From an uncultured virus (IMG/VR IMGVR_UViG_3300030102_003916) (taxonomy: Duplodnaviria; Heunggongvirae; Uroviricota; Caudoviricetes; Kyanoviridae): a stretch of 64,000 bases of DNA. Below are positions 1 through 9,617 of this stretch, one piece after another; position 1 is the stretch's first letter; each line of letters starts with the position of its first letter. The stretch covers positions 1-64,000 of IMG/VR virus record IMGVR_UViG_3300030102_003916. One strand, 5' to 3'. Position numbers and translations under genes: made by a program. Under the pieces are notes generated by a model that was not told the origin of the DNA, made no database searches, and saw nothing but the letters and a program-made list of their open reading frames with translations.

Positions 1-2
1 AG

Positions 3-662
3 CAAAAAATCCTAGATGGCCTGTATAACGCTCACCTCGAATCAACAGGTGGGCGACCACCGGATCATTACGAAGGCCCAGGCGTACAACCCGCACTACC
101 ACCAATTCCTGAAAGACCGGCTAGAGAGCAACCCGCCGAGCAAGAACCGCAAATGCCACCAGAGGAGCCACCTGTGGGTGTTCCTAGAAATATGCCCGTT
201 GCTCCTCCACCGCAGAATCCACCTGTTGCGGCCCCTCGTTCTGTACCATATGTTCCGCCTTACAATCCTTATATGGAACAGAAACGCAATATACAATCGC
301 TTCAATCGAACATTGATTCATTGGGTGGGCGAACAAAGTTGTCAGGGTTAGCAGAACTGTTAGGAAGACTTACACCTGATGAACTACTTCTGCGCTCTGA
401 TGAGATACGACCCGAGATTGAAGACTACATCGAAACAGTCCAATTGGAACTAGCGAAAAGCGTAGTCGATGACTATGCATCTCTAGGTGATTTGTCTGTT
501 TCATCCCCTCTTGACGTGGCTCTCCTGTCGAGCAAGGTGCAGATGGGAACAAACGATGTAATCACCATATTCCACACAAGAGGCGATTGGAGAGAGGTCG
601 CCAAGTCATTCAACATCCCACACTCAAGCGTACAGATGGTAAAGGTGGCTCTCTATGACTAA
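3..662 (+). CDS. Hypothetical protein, 5'-truncated; Pro-rich linker and possible C-terminal HTH
   Basis: The frame of ORF 153..662 is open back to position 3. C-terminal DWREVAKSFNIPHSSVQMVK is HTH-like. Confidence 0.7.
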   Translation, partial: QKILDGLYNAHLESTGGRPPDHYEGPGVQPALPPIPERPAREQPAEQEPQMPPEEPPVGVPRNMPVAPPPQNPPVAAPRSVPYVPPYNPYMEQKRNIQSLQSNIDSLGGRTKLSGLAELLGRLTPDELLLRSDEIRPEIEDYIETVQLELAKSVVDDYASLGDLSVSSPLDVALLSSKVQMGTNDVITIFHTRGDWREVAKSFNIPHSSVQMVKVALYD

Positions 663-2250
663 TCACTATTATCATGGCAATGATTTTTTGCAAGCCGCAT
701 TTATGCTTGCCAAATTAGATGCCACGAGAACTGCAGCCTATGATTTGGCAAGCAGAGTCAAAGAAGACGGTAGTGTAAGCCTACCGCCTGAGAAACTAGA
801 AGAGAAGCGTCAAGCAGACAATCAGAGGACAAGAGATGCAGTATATGGCAAAGGCCCAGTTAGGGGTACAAAAGATGCAATCAGTAGTGCTGCAAGCAGC
901 ATAGCAAGCAGAGCGAAAGGTGCGGCAAGCGGTGCTAGGGATGCAGTCCTGGGAACCGAAGGGACTGATGCGGCAGATGCGGATATTAATCGGAGATTCA
1001 GTAAGCTGACAGGAGGCGATTCGAGTGCCGATCCAGAAGGTGTTTTTCAGGGTAGTCAGGGATTAGTTGGTGCTGCTCAAGACATAGCAGGAAGGGCTAC
1101 CGGAGGCCTGGCTTCAAGCGCAATGACAGCAGGTAAAGGCATTCTAGGTGCTGCTAAAAGCATGGTAAATAGGGGAAAAGATGCTTTCAATAGAGTGAAT
1201 ACTCCTGAGAACAGAGCCGCAGCAAGCGAAGCGATGTCGAGAACAGGACAGAGAGTCGGACAGGGAATACTAGGTGCGGCTAAAACAATAGGTCGTGGAG
1301 CAGTTGAAGGAGCGAAAGCAGCAGGTCGTGGCTATTCTAGCTTGGCATCAGAAGTAGTTCCAAGAGTGGATGCCGCAGGTGCAGCAGCAGGAAGAGGATT
1401 AGTCAGAGGTGCGAAAGCGTTGGCTAGTGGTACTCAAAGAGCAGCCGGAAGAATGGCTTACGGTGAGGTCGATCCGGCAACAGGACAGAGAGTTGGCAGA
1501 GGCTCATCAGGTTTCATCAATCCCGATGACAAACTCGGAACCGCAGGTGCAGCAATCAGAGGCGCACTCACGGGTCAAGGTGCTATGCCCGCCATTGAGG
1601 CACGAAATGAAAGAAGATTGGGGCTTGATAGAGAACAGCAAGCAGGTGTGAGAAATGAGGCTCGCAAACTCAGACAAATGGAAAACAGAGGAAACCTCAG
1701 AGCTACGACTGAACAGGCTATGATAAATGAAAGCAGGGGTGGCAACATGGCTCCAATTAATACCATGTCCACAGGTGGAGATATGTCCACAGGTGGAGAT
1801 ATGTCCACAGGTGATGCAGAAGCAAGTGCAGCCGCACCAGCACCAGGAGGAGCCGCACCTGCTGCACCCGCCGCAGATGGGGCATCGCCCGCCGCAGGAG
1901 GTAATCAGGCGGCACAGAACATACTAGCTCAGAGAGCAGGAGCGCAACTAGCCGATGCAGACGCAAGAGCAAACAAGAGAGGCGGCATGGCTAGAAATTT
2001 AGGACTAGGACTCATGACAGGCGGCGCATCCATGCTTGGAGGTGCTGCTTATAATGCATTAACTAGAAGGGGTGGCCGAAGAGACCAGAAGACATCACTA
2101 AACCAACTGAACACCCTAGCCGGAACTAACCCCTCAACATTCGCCGCATCATCCGATGACCCATACGATGACTTTTGGGACTTGCAGAAGACCATGCACA
2201 CATTCAGAATTAGAGATTCAACGGAGGCACTAAGATATGCCTACCAATGA
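655..2250 (+). CDS. Gly/Ala-rich low-complexity protein, possible internal virion/ejection protein
   Basis: 531-aa ORF overlapping its neighbours; amphipathic G/A/R-rich segments; N-terminal FLQAAFMLAK motif. Function is inferred. Confidence 0.6.
   Translation: MTNHYYHGNDFLQAAFMLAKLDATRTAAYDLASRVKEDGSVSLPPEKLEEKRQADNQRTRDAVYGKGPVRGTKDAISSAASSIASRAKGAASGARDAVLGTEGTDAADADINRRFSKLTGGDSSADPEGVFQGSQGLVGAAQDIAGRATGGLASSAMTAGKGILGAAKSMVNRGKDAFNRVNTPENRAAASEAMSRTGQRVGQGILGAAKTIGRGAVEGAKAAGRGYSSLASEVVPRVDAAGAAAGRGLVRGAKALASGTQRAAGRMAYGEVDPATGQRVGRGSSGFINPDDKLGTAGAAIRGALTGQGAMPAIEARNERRLGLDREQQAGVRNEARKLRQMENRGNLRATTEQAMINESRGGNMAPINTMSTGGDMSTGGDMSTGDAEASAAAPAPGGAAPAAPAADGASPAAGGNQAAQNILAQRAGAQLADADARANKRGGMARNLGLGLMTGGASMLGGAAYNALTRRGGRRDQKTSLNQLNTLAGTNPSTFAASSDDPYDDFWDLQKTMHTFRIRDSTEALRYAYQ
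1765..1813 (+). repeat. 18-bp coding tandem repeat ATGTCCACAGGTGGAGAT, about 2.7 copies (MSTGGD)
   Basis: Exact copies at 1765-1782 and 1783-1800, partial copy at 1801-1813. Confidence 0.95.
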
Positions 2251-2836
2251 TCCGTTCGACATGGCTTGGGCCGCAAGTAAGGATGAAGCGGTTCACAAGG
2301 GCATCATGGATTATTTAGAGCGCATTCGTGACAGTCACAGAAAAGGTGTCGCGCGAAGAGATGACAAGAGAATGGAAGCCATGCGGCGAGGCATGGCCCT
2401 TACTGCAACTATGGATGCCAATAGGCAAAAACTGCAAGAATCACAGGATAGGGGAGTTCCTTTTGAGCAGGTCGATGAAGAAGACGAAGTGATGAATTCA
2501 GTCATAGCTCAAATTCGAGGCAATACTCACAACCAAGTGTTTGCTGATGACGATGACGGCATACAGAATAGTGTGGATGCTTTGCCTTTGGAAAACCCGT
2601 TCGCCAATCCATTCAGCAATCCCAACGCCTTTGCAATCAAAGAGCCTAGAAAGGATGTTCCAGCAGAATATATCACTCCTATTGTCAAAGCCGAGCCTCC
2701 TCAAGAAAAGCCGGACATTGGAATTGATGTAGTGGAAGGCGATGACCTATCCCTACTTCCGGCATCATTGTTCCCGAGGAATACGCCTGGTGGTGACAAC
2801 ATGAGTTTGTTGCCTTCGGGGTGGAATAGTGACTAA
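2237..2836 (+). CDS. Hypothetical protein upstream of terminase, with FxxAWxxxK leader
   Basis: 199-aa ORF, N-terminus PFDMAWAASK, overlaps both neighbours. Confidence 0.7.
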   Translation: MPTNDPFDMAWAASKDEAVHKGIMDYLERIRDSHRKGVARRDDKRMEAMRRGMALTATMDANRQKLQESQDRGVPFEQVDEEDEVMNSVIAQIRGNTHNQVFADDDDGIQNSVDALPLENPFANPFSNPNAFAIKEPRKDVPAEYITPIVKAEPPQEKPDIGIDVVEGDDLSLLPASLFPRNTPGGDNMSLLPSGWNSD

Positions 2837-4247
2837 TGACGCAATGCTCGAACTAACGAGCAAAGTCGATTGGCAAATGGGGAAACGTGACTTTCGCTTC
2901 TTCTTTGAGGACATCTGCGGATTCCAACTAGCAAACTTTCACAAGGAGTGGTATGAGAATGCGGAGAACCACAACAAGGTCTGCGTTATAGCAAGTCGAG
3001 ATCATGGCAAGTCTGTCTTCTTCAGAGTGTATCTCTTGTGGAAGATGGCATACAATCCTGGGACTGAGGTTCTATTCTTCAGCCACAGTCAGCATCAATC
3101 CATAGACCACATGGCAAAGATGGATGAGCTAATCATGACCACTCCTGCACTTGCTCATCTCAAGCCAAAGAGAGGATGGGCGAAGCAGTTGTTCAAGTTC
3201 ACGAACAAGTCATCCATACGAGCCATGTCCATCGGTAAGGCCGTTCGTGGTGCTCACCCTGACATAGTGGTTCTTGACGACATTCTGTCTAGTGAGGCAG
3301 ATACGCAATTGAAGTCTATCTCCACTTGGTTCTATACTGCATTGCTACCTGTTCTGCACCACACGGCTCAAATGTGTGTCGTGGGAACGCCGTTCTCATT
3401 CACAGACCTATACTCAGAACTCAAGGGTCTTGACGGATATTGCGTGAAGGAGTATCCTGCAATCAATGAGGCAACAGGCGAACCTCTGTGGCCCGAGCGA
3501 TGGAATCTCGATGCACTCAATACGAGAAGGGGAGAGATGACATCCATAGCCTTCACTCGTGAGTATCTATGCAAACCCATAGCTAGTGAGTCAAGCCTCT
3601 TCCCCGAGGAGATGTTGGCTAATGTCAAAGATGACTCTCTCATGCTATCCTACTATCCCGATCCTGATGAGTCATTGAACTACTACATCGGTTGGGATCC
3701 TGCAATAAGCGCAGACCGTAGTGCGGACTACACTTGTATGATGGTCATAGGCATGGATGAGAACAGGCACAAGCGCATAGTCCATGTCCATCATGAGAAG
3801 AACATGAATTTCAATCAGCAGATTGACAAGATTATCGAATTGAACGCTCGCTTCAATCCGGTCATCATTGAGCTTGAGACAAACAACTTCGCTATGGCAT
3901 TCAATCAAGTGTTGCAGGAAATCAGCGATTTGCCAATCAAACCCTTCAACATGAGTCGCATGAAGAAGGAGGCTTTGATTCACACCTTGCAATTGCACTT
4001 TGAGCAAAGGCATCTCCTCATACCATACAAGGATGAAGGTGCAACCAAGCGACACATGAACACTTTGTTGAATGAATTATCCATGTTCACCATGCTTGAC
4101 AATGGGCGCATGGAAAGCCTGGGGGCGCATGATGACATGGTGATTGCCCTTGCACTTTCGGTACAGGCGACTAAGGAATACCGAGAAAACATAATTATCC
4201 TAGATGGCGAGATGTGGAAGAACAGGTTGGGGTGGGCAGATGCGTGA
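2829..4247 (+). CDS. terL: Terminase large subunit
   Basis: Walker A ASRDHGKS, Walker B VVLDD, coupling motif VVGTP, RNase H-like nuclease IGWDPA...ADYT and C-terminal HDDMVIALAL. Confidence 0.95.
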   Translation: MTNDAMLELTSKVDWQMGKRDFRFFFEDICGFQLANFHKEWYENAENHNKVCVIASRDHGKSVFFRVYLLWKMAYNPGTEVLFFSHSQHQSIDHMAKMDELIMTTPALAHLKPKRGWAKQLFKFTNKSSIRAMSIGKAVRGAHPDIVVLDDILSSEADTQLKSISTWFYTALLPVLHHTAQMCVVGTPFSFTDLYSELKGLDGYCVKEYPAINEATGEPLWPERWNLDALNTRRGEMTSIAFTREYLCKPIASESSLFPEEMLANVKDDSLMLSYYPDPDESLNYYIGWDPAISADRSADYTCMMVIGMDENRHKRIVHVHHEKNMNFNQQIDKIIELNARFNPVIIELETNNFAMAFNQVLQEISDLPIKPFNMSRMKKEALIHTLQLHFEQRHLLIPYKDEGATKRHMNTLLNELSMFTMLDNGRMESLGAHDDMVIALALSVQATKEYRENIIILDGEMWKNRLGWADA

Positions 4248-5577
4248 ATACCTAAAACCTGTACCAGGAGTGGAAGACTTGACAGACTCAATAAGAAAGA
4301 ATCCGGCTTTGATAGGTGCGGCTGCAACGGCTGCAAGAGCAGTAGCACCGTATGCCATAGATGCCGCTAGAAAGAAATTTGAAGAAAAGCAGCAAGAGGC
4401 CGCACAGGCAGAAAAAGACTTGCAAATGGAAGAAGAAAAACAAGCCGAGAAAGAGGCACAAGCGGAGCAATCTGCACAAGAAGCCGAGCAAAACAAGAAA
4501 CAGGCCGAAGAAACAAGGCAGGATGCAGAAGCAGGGGGTCTGAATAGCGCAGAAAGCGGAACGGAATTGCCCGCAACTGCTCCTGTTCCTAATACGATGA
4601 AATCCTGGTTCATGGATAACTTCGGCATGACAGGAAGAGAGATGACTGAGATTCTAATCAAAGGCAACGAACTCAAAGTCTTGGATTCTATACAACCATT
4701 ACTTCTTCTCGAAAAACAATCAACATTGGCTCAGTTTGTGGGTGTTTCACCTGATTTAGTCCATGAGTTGCCATTGACTGACTTAGACTATGACTCTCTG
4801 AACAAGAATGCAAAGAGACTAGACTTACCATTCAGGCGTTTCGTCAAGACATGGGTTTCTGCTGAGACTGTAGCAGAAAAGGAAAATGCTGAGAATTTGT
4901 GGAGAACGACCCTCGACAAATCCGAAAGGCTATCTCACAGGGAGAGATCTATCCTGAAGAATTGCAGGGAGATACTATCGTCAAGAGGAGCAGTCAATGC
5001 TCAAACACTCAAATCATACGGTGTCCAAGCGAGTCCTGCTGAAATCTCATCCCTCATCAAATCTCATGGTTTCTTGTTCGACATCATTTCCATCGGACAG
5101 ATTGGCAAGTCGATGGGCAGGGGTCTGTTCTATGACATCATGCGAAGAGATGTGATACTCAAAGATGCAGATAGGTTCCTTGCAGGACTGATAGATAGCA
5201 ACAGTAGTTTCAAGTTCGACACCAGGCTACAACCACGTTTGGAGATAAACTTCAACGCACCATCAGCACCCTGGTATGTGGATGCATTACTGAAAGAAGG
5301 AATAACCGGAGTAAAGGCAGAAGGAATGGGTTTGGTTATTGAAGGGGAAATAGCAGTTCGTAAAGCATTGGAAACTGCGGAATCTCATTTGTCCAAGTCT
5401 GACCAATATCCCTCTCCCCATATGATTCTGAATGCATTGCGGGGAGACAGAGACACGCTGATAGTGTTGGCTTACGATTCGATTGACAAAGCAGACAAGG
5501 CTCGTTTGCTTCGCAAACACAAAATAACAGTTGATGATTTCGACATCATGAAAGAGAAGGTGAAGGCAAGTGGTTGA
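4240..5577 (+). CDS. Protein with coiled-coil N-terminus, possible wHTH and degenerate LAGLIDADG-like domain
   Basis: ATG 4240 overlaps the terL end; E/Q/K-rich coil; FLAGLIDSNSSF motif followed by a PRLEI strand. Confidence 0.6.
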   Translation: MREYLKPVPGVEDLTDSIRKNPALIGAAATAARAVAPYAIDAARKKFEEKQQEAAQAEKDLQMEEEKQAEKEAQAEQSAQEAEQNKKQAEETRQDAEAGGLNSAESGTELPATAPVPNTMKSWFMDNFGMTGREMTEILIKGNELKVLDSIQPLLLLEKQSTLAQFVGVSPDLVHELPLTDLDYDSLNKNAKRLDLPFRRFVKTWVSAETVAEKENAENLWRTTLDKSERLSHRERSILKNCREILSSRGAVNAQTLKSYGVQASPAEISSLIKSHGFLFDIISIGQIGKSMGRGLFYDIMRRDVILKDADRFLAGLIDSNSSFKFDTRLQPRLEINFNAPSAPWYVDALLKEGITGVKAEGMGLVIEGEIAVRKALETAESHLSKSDQYPSPHMILNALRGDRDTLIVLAYDSIDKADKARLLRKHKITVDDFDIMKEKVKASG

Positions 5578-7066
5578 TGGCAAGAAAATGGAGCGAATGT
5601 TCGCTGCCATCGGCATGGACATGGAGCGTTATAACACCCCTATTCCATCTATGCCTCTCTTCACAGAAGGTGTGCAAGAACCCCCTCTTCTTCAAGGAAT
5701 TACTGTCCCTGCATTGTATGCGGCGGCTTACGAGTGCATGGTTCTCCGTTCCATTCTAAATCACCTATGCGTGGAAACATTCCGCAAGGGATGGGAGTGG
5801 AAATCCAAATTCGTATGCAAGTGTGTCGAATGCGAAGCCGAGTATCATCAAGAGATGGAGTCGTGCAAAGACTGTGGTGGAGAAGTCCGCAAGGCGGATA
5901 AGGGCCAAATCGAATACGCAGAGACTGTCCTGGGTGGGCAGAACAGAATGACTCAGAGATTCATCGACATACTCAGAGAGATAGAAATGGACTTGAACAT
6001 AGTCGATGATGCATATCTCGTTCTAACGAAAGAATACTTTGTCGATCCTGCTACTAAGCAACCTATGTTTTTCCGCATAAGGGAAGTATCCCGTGCAGAC
6101 CCTATCTTCATGCGAATCATGGCAGACAAGAGAGGGATTCGAGGAGGAACCCAATACACTAGCTTGGTCGATAGGTCATTCAGGACAAGCGACCCTGATG
6201 CAGTATGCCCTATGTCTGGTATGCCTGTCGTACCAATTCACTACATCAACCTAGCAGGTGTAGGCAACGGGCAAGTCTATACCGAGGGCGAAGTCATTCA
6301 CATCAGCAAGTGGTCGCCTTCCAAGTTGTATGGTCGTAGCCCTGTTGCTACCATGTGGAGGCAAGTCAATACTCTCATCGCTATGGATAACTACGTCTAT
6401 TCGGCATATCAGAAGAAGAGGATGCCTCGTGGAGTCATGGTCATCAAGTCATCCAACATGGAAACTGTGGAGAGGACTGCCCGCAACATCCAGGAACATC
6501 TTGAGCGTGACCCAAACTATGTGCCGACCATCGGTGTTGAAACCGAATCCGGCAGGGGCGGTCTTGAGTATGTCCGTATGATGGACACACTCGAAGAGTT
6601 GCAATACATACCAATCAAGGATGACATCAGACAACGCATCTCTGCATACTATGGCGTATCGAACGTATTCATGAATGACGTATCTGGTGGCGGTCTGAAC
6701 AACGAGGGTATGCAGATCGTGGTCACGAACCGTGCTTTGGCATACGCTCAGTCAATATACAACAGACACCTATTCCCAACATTGCTTGAGGCGTTCGGCA
6801 TAGATGAGTGGACAATCACACTCAACCCACACGAAGAAGAAGATGAAATCATGCGATTCCGCAGGGATGAGATGGCTATCCGCAACATGATGCAGATGAA
6901 GCAAGCAGGATACGATGCGAAACTGCGTGACCAAATAGACGACAAATTCCTAGAATTCGACTTCAAGGAGCCATCTCCCGAGGAGTTGGCGGCTAAGGCA
7001 GAAGAAGCGGCTCAGGCTCAAGGTGGGGGCGCACCACCACCAGGCGGACAACCGCCGCCTCAATGA
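5570..7066 (+). CDS. Portal protein with Zn-ribbon-like insertion
   Basis: Position after terminase; EVIHI...LYGRSPV motif; RQRISAYYGV motif; CVEC...CKDC insertion. Confidence 0.9.
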   Translation: MVDGKKMERMFAAIGMDMERYNTPIPSMPLFTEGVQEPPLLQGITVPALYAAAYECMVLRSILNHLCVETFRKGWEWKSKFVCKCVECEAEYHQEMESCKDCGGEVRKADKGQIEYAETVLGGQNRMTQRFIDILREIEMDLNIVDDAYLVLTKEYFVDPATKQPMFFRIREVSRADPIFMRIMADKRGIRGGTQYTSLVDRSFRTSDPDAVCPMSGMPVVPIHYINLAGVGNGQVYTEGEVIHISKWSPSKLYGRSPVATMWRQVNTLIAMDNYVYSAYQKKRMPRGVMVIKSSNMETVERTARNIQEHLERDPNYVPTIGVETESGRGGLEYVRMMDTLEELQYIPIKDDIRQRISAYYGVSNVFMNDVSGGGLNNEGMQIVVTNRALAYAQSIYNRHLFPTLLEAFGIDEWTITLNPHEEEDEIMRFRRDEMAIRNMMQMKQAGYDAKLRDQIDDKFLEFDFKEPSPEELAAKAEEAAQAQGGGAPPPGGQPPPQ

Positions 7067-7074
7067 GCAAATGC

Positions 7075-7086
7075 AATAAACAATTG
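7075..7086 (+). promoter_or_regulatory. Putative promoter element AATAAACAATTG
   Basis: Intergenic, ends 17 nt before ATG 7104; member of a recurring motif. Confidence 0.45.
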
Positions 7087-7103
7087 TTGAGAAAAGGCAT
7101 AGC

Positions 7104-7325
7104 ATGGCAGATGCCTTCGACATTGCATGGGACATAGCAAAGAGCGAGGAAAAAGGCGACAATGCTCCTACCAACCCTGGGCTATGGTCACAGGCCAAAT
7201 CTAAAGCAAGAGCGAAATTCGATGTATATCCGTCAGCCTATGCCAATGCTTGGGCCGCTAAGTGGTACAAGGGCAAAGGTGGCGGTTGGAAGAAGAAGTC
7301 AAAAGGGAAGAAGGGGAAGAAATGA
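7104..7325 (+). CDS. Small basic protein (PTNPxLW...PSAYAN family)
   Basis: 73 aa, Lys-rich C-terminus, N-terminal AFDIAWDIAKS. The motif resembles small proteins I recall from marine viruses. Confidence 0.75.
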   Translation: MADAFDIAWDIAKSEEKGDNAPTNPGLWSQAKSKARAKFDVYPSAYANAWAAKWYKGKGGGWKKKSKGKKGKK

Positions 7326-7942
7326 ATGCCGAGGCACTTCCTTTCTCAGAACTCATCTCGAAAGACCTACGAGATTGGTTCAAGGAGAAATGGGTTGATG
7401 TATCTCGTAAAGACAAGGATGGCAAGCATCCCCCGTGCGGTAGGGATGATGCTGACAAATCTAGTAGGGGCTATCCGAAATGCCGCCCATCGAAGAAAGT
7501 CAGCTCAAAGACACCGAAGACGGCAGGATCTATGAGTGCTAAGGAGAAGAAGGCCGCTACAAAAAGAAAGAGAAGCAAGAAGCAAGGAGTAGGAGGGAAG
7601 CCAACAATGGTGAAATCATGCAATTGCCCTACTTGCAATCTCCTGACAAAAGCGGTTCTAATCAAGGCGAAGAAGAAAGACAAGCCATTTCATGGATATA
7701 ACAAGAATAAACACAGTCGCAAGGGTGGCCTTAGTGCAAAGGGCAGAGCGCATTTCAAGAGGACAGAGGGTGCTAACCTAAAGCCACCTGTGACAGAGAA
7801 GCCTTCAAAACTTAAACCAGGAAGTAAGAAAGCAAAAAGAAGAAAATCTTTCTGCGCTCGTATGGGTGGCGTGAAAGGCCCAACGAGTAAGGGTGGCAAG
7901 CTAACACCAAAGGGTGCGGCATTGAAAAGGTGGAATTGTTAA
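7322..7942 (+). CDS. Highly basic two-domain protein (WFKEKWVD...PKCRP and RRKSFCARM...WNC motifs)
   Basis: ATG 7322 overlaps the previous stop; very Lys/Arg-rich; motifs recalled from small unknown-function proteins of marine viruses. Confidence 0.75.
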   Translation: MNAEALPFSELISKDLRDWFKEKWVDVSRKDKDGKHPPCGRDDADKSSRGYPKCRPSKKVSSKTPKTAGSMSAKEKKAATKRKRSKKQGVGGKPTMVKSCNCPTCNLLTKAVLIKAKKKDKPFHGYNKNKHSRKGGLSAKGRAHFKRTEGANLKPPVTEKPSKLKPGSKKAKRRKSFCARMGGVKGPTSKGGKLTPKGAALKRWNC

Positions 7943-8400
7943 TGGCTGAGTTGAAAAAGAAAAGTTGCTGTTGTGGGGCAACAGAAAGCAATCCTTGTGC
8001 TTGCATGAAAAAAGGCATCATGAAATGTTCTGCCAAAGAACCCATGTGCCAATGCTACAAAGACCTCAAGAAAGAGGGTAAGCATCCTGACGATTTGAAG
8101 AAGTCATTTTCTTCGGCATGGATAGTCGTCAAGAGGGATGGTAAGGACTACGGGCAGATGCCAATCAAGGAATCCACCGCCATGACTCATGGAACTGATT
8201 TGCCATCCTTGAAAACGATAGGCAGAAGTCAGAGGAAAACAAGAAAGTCAGGAGGGAAATCCCCTAGAAATATCAGTCGTGTAAGTGGCGCACACGCATC
8301 CTCTTCTTCTCGTAAAGACAAGACAGATCACAAGAAATCTGCCGCAGAAGCGAGCGTGGATGCTAAGTTGAGGAACGCCGGAGCCAAAGGTCAGCGTTAG
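7942..8400 (+). CDS. Protein with Cys-rich N-terminus and basic C-terminus
   Basis: SCCCGATESNPCACMKKGIMKCSAKEPMCQCY; internal FSSAWIVVK motif; ATG overlaps the previous TAA. Confidence 0.7.
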   Translation: MAELKKKSCCCGATESNPCACMKKGIMKCSAKEPMCQCYKDLKKEGKHPDDLKKSFSSAWIVVKRDGKDYGQMPIKESTAMTHGTDLPSLKTIGRSQRKTRKSGGKSPRNISRVSGAHASSSSRKDKTDHKKSAAEASVDAKLRNAGAKGQR

Positions 8401-8436
8401 GATAACAATCATTAACGATGGAGAAATTAGAAGCGA

Positions 8437-8799
8437 GTGAGCGACATGAGCGAAGGCGATATATTTGGACTTCAAAAGATGGATCCGATGGCAAGAAGGG
8501 CATTGGCATCCATTGAAATGATGGTGAAAGCGATAGACCTGAATAACAGGGATGACATAGGTAAGCATCTAACTGATGCCAAGAATGCTTTGGAATCTCT
8601 TGGTAGTGACTTAGAACTACACGACAGGCTACAAAAAGCACTCAAGCCAACTTATACTCCCGACCCGCAACAAGTCGGCATGATAAGGAAATTCGACAAT
8701 AGCGAATCGGACTACAATGCAAATGATGGGGCCGTAGCTCTCGGTGTAGTCCGTGCTGGAAGAACCAACAAGGTGTTCAGGCCACACGAAGTATATTGA
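8437..8799 (+). CDS. Hypothetical head-module protein
   Basis: 120-aa ORF in the co-oriented gene cluster. Confidence 0.7.
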   Translation: MSDMSEGDIFGLQKMDPMARRALASIEMMVKAIDLNNRDDIGKHLTDAKNALESLGSDLELHDRLQKALKPTYTPDPQQVGMIRKFDNSESDYNANDGAVALGVVRAGRTNKVFRPHEVY

Positions 8800-8808
8800 G
8801 GGAATGGC

Positions 8809-9288
8809 ATGACATGGACATCAGAAGGTTCGGTTGGAGATAGACTCNNNNNNNNNNAAAAGCAGGAAGTTGATCCTACTGGTATAATGGAGGCGCAACC
8901 CACGAATATTCCTACAGATCAACCAGGTGGCTTACCTGCACACATGATGGGGGGAGGGAATAACTCCGCCGCAGATGCTGTATGGGCAGAGTTGATGTCC
9001 TGGTTAGATGATGGCAATGACATTATCAATCGGGGAGAAAGAGTCAGTACGCAATTTGCTGCTGCTAATATCGACTATGATTTCATACAAGAGAGAAATG
9101 GTAAATTCATGAAGATGAGACAGATGATGGATGCTTTCAAAACTGTAGTGGGTCGAATGATGAATGAACCAGAGGAGAGACAACTAAGACATCACGACCC
9201 TACACAGATGGCAAACGATCAGACTAATGGCAACCTTGCCGCAATGACAGGCAGGGTTGGCAATATGGGCATAGGCGGTGGTATGTAA
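8809..9288 (+). CDS. Hypothetical protein spanning an N gap at 8848-8857
   Basis: ORF fills the space between neighbours; frame across the gap is uncertain. Confidence 0.6.
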   Translation: MTWTSEGSVGDRLXXXXKQEVDPTGIMEAQPTNIPTDQPGGLPAHMMGGGNNSAADAVWAELMSWLDDGNDIINRGERVSTQFAAANIDYDFIQERNGKFMKMRQMMDAFKTVVGRMMNEPEERQLRHHDPTQMANDQTNGNLAAMTGRVGNMGIGGGM

Positions 9289-9617
9289 TGACTGAAACCG
9301 AAGATGCGATGGACATAGCCAAAGCCGCTATTGAGGAGGCGAAAGTCCTCAAAGAGGAGAATGAAATCCTCAAGATGGAGAACCGTGAGTTGCGAAATGC
9401 AGTCAATGACCCTACTGCCGCAATGAAAGCCCAGGGATGGCAGAGGTTCGTGACACCCCATGCAGATGAAGCATTCGACCCATTGAACCGAGCAATCGGT
9501 GAAGATACTTTTAGTGGCCCTTTCGAGGGTAGTGGTGACTTGATTGCAAAGAGCGTTTCTCGCCATGACGAGCTGAGAGAGTGGGAAGATGCAGAAAGGG
9601 AGATGAACCGAAGATGA
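9288..9617 (+). CDS. Small coiled-coil protein
   Basis: 109 aa with heptad-like EAKVLKEENEILKMENRELR; ATG overlaps the previous stop. Confidence 0.7.
   Translation: MTETEDAMDIAKAAIEEAKVLKEENEILKMENRELRNAVNDPTAAMKAQGWQRFVTPHADEAFDPLNRAIGEDTFSGPFEGSGDLIAKSVSRHDELREWEDAEREMNRR

Noticed and set aside
1765..1813. Tandem repeat as mini-CRISPR or iteron
   Set aside because: No spacers, unit length is a multiple of three, and it lies inside a coding linker. The same applies to 17006-17051.
2829..5577. Intein or intron in the terminase explaining the LAGLIDADG motif
   Set aside because: The terminase is complete and of normal length; the LAGLIDADG-like ORF is separate and lacks splice motifs.
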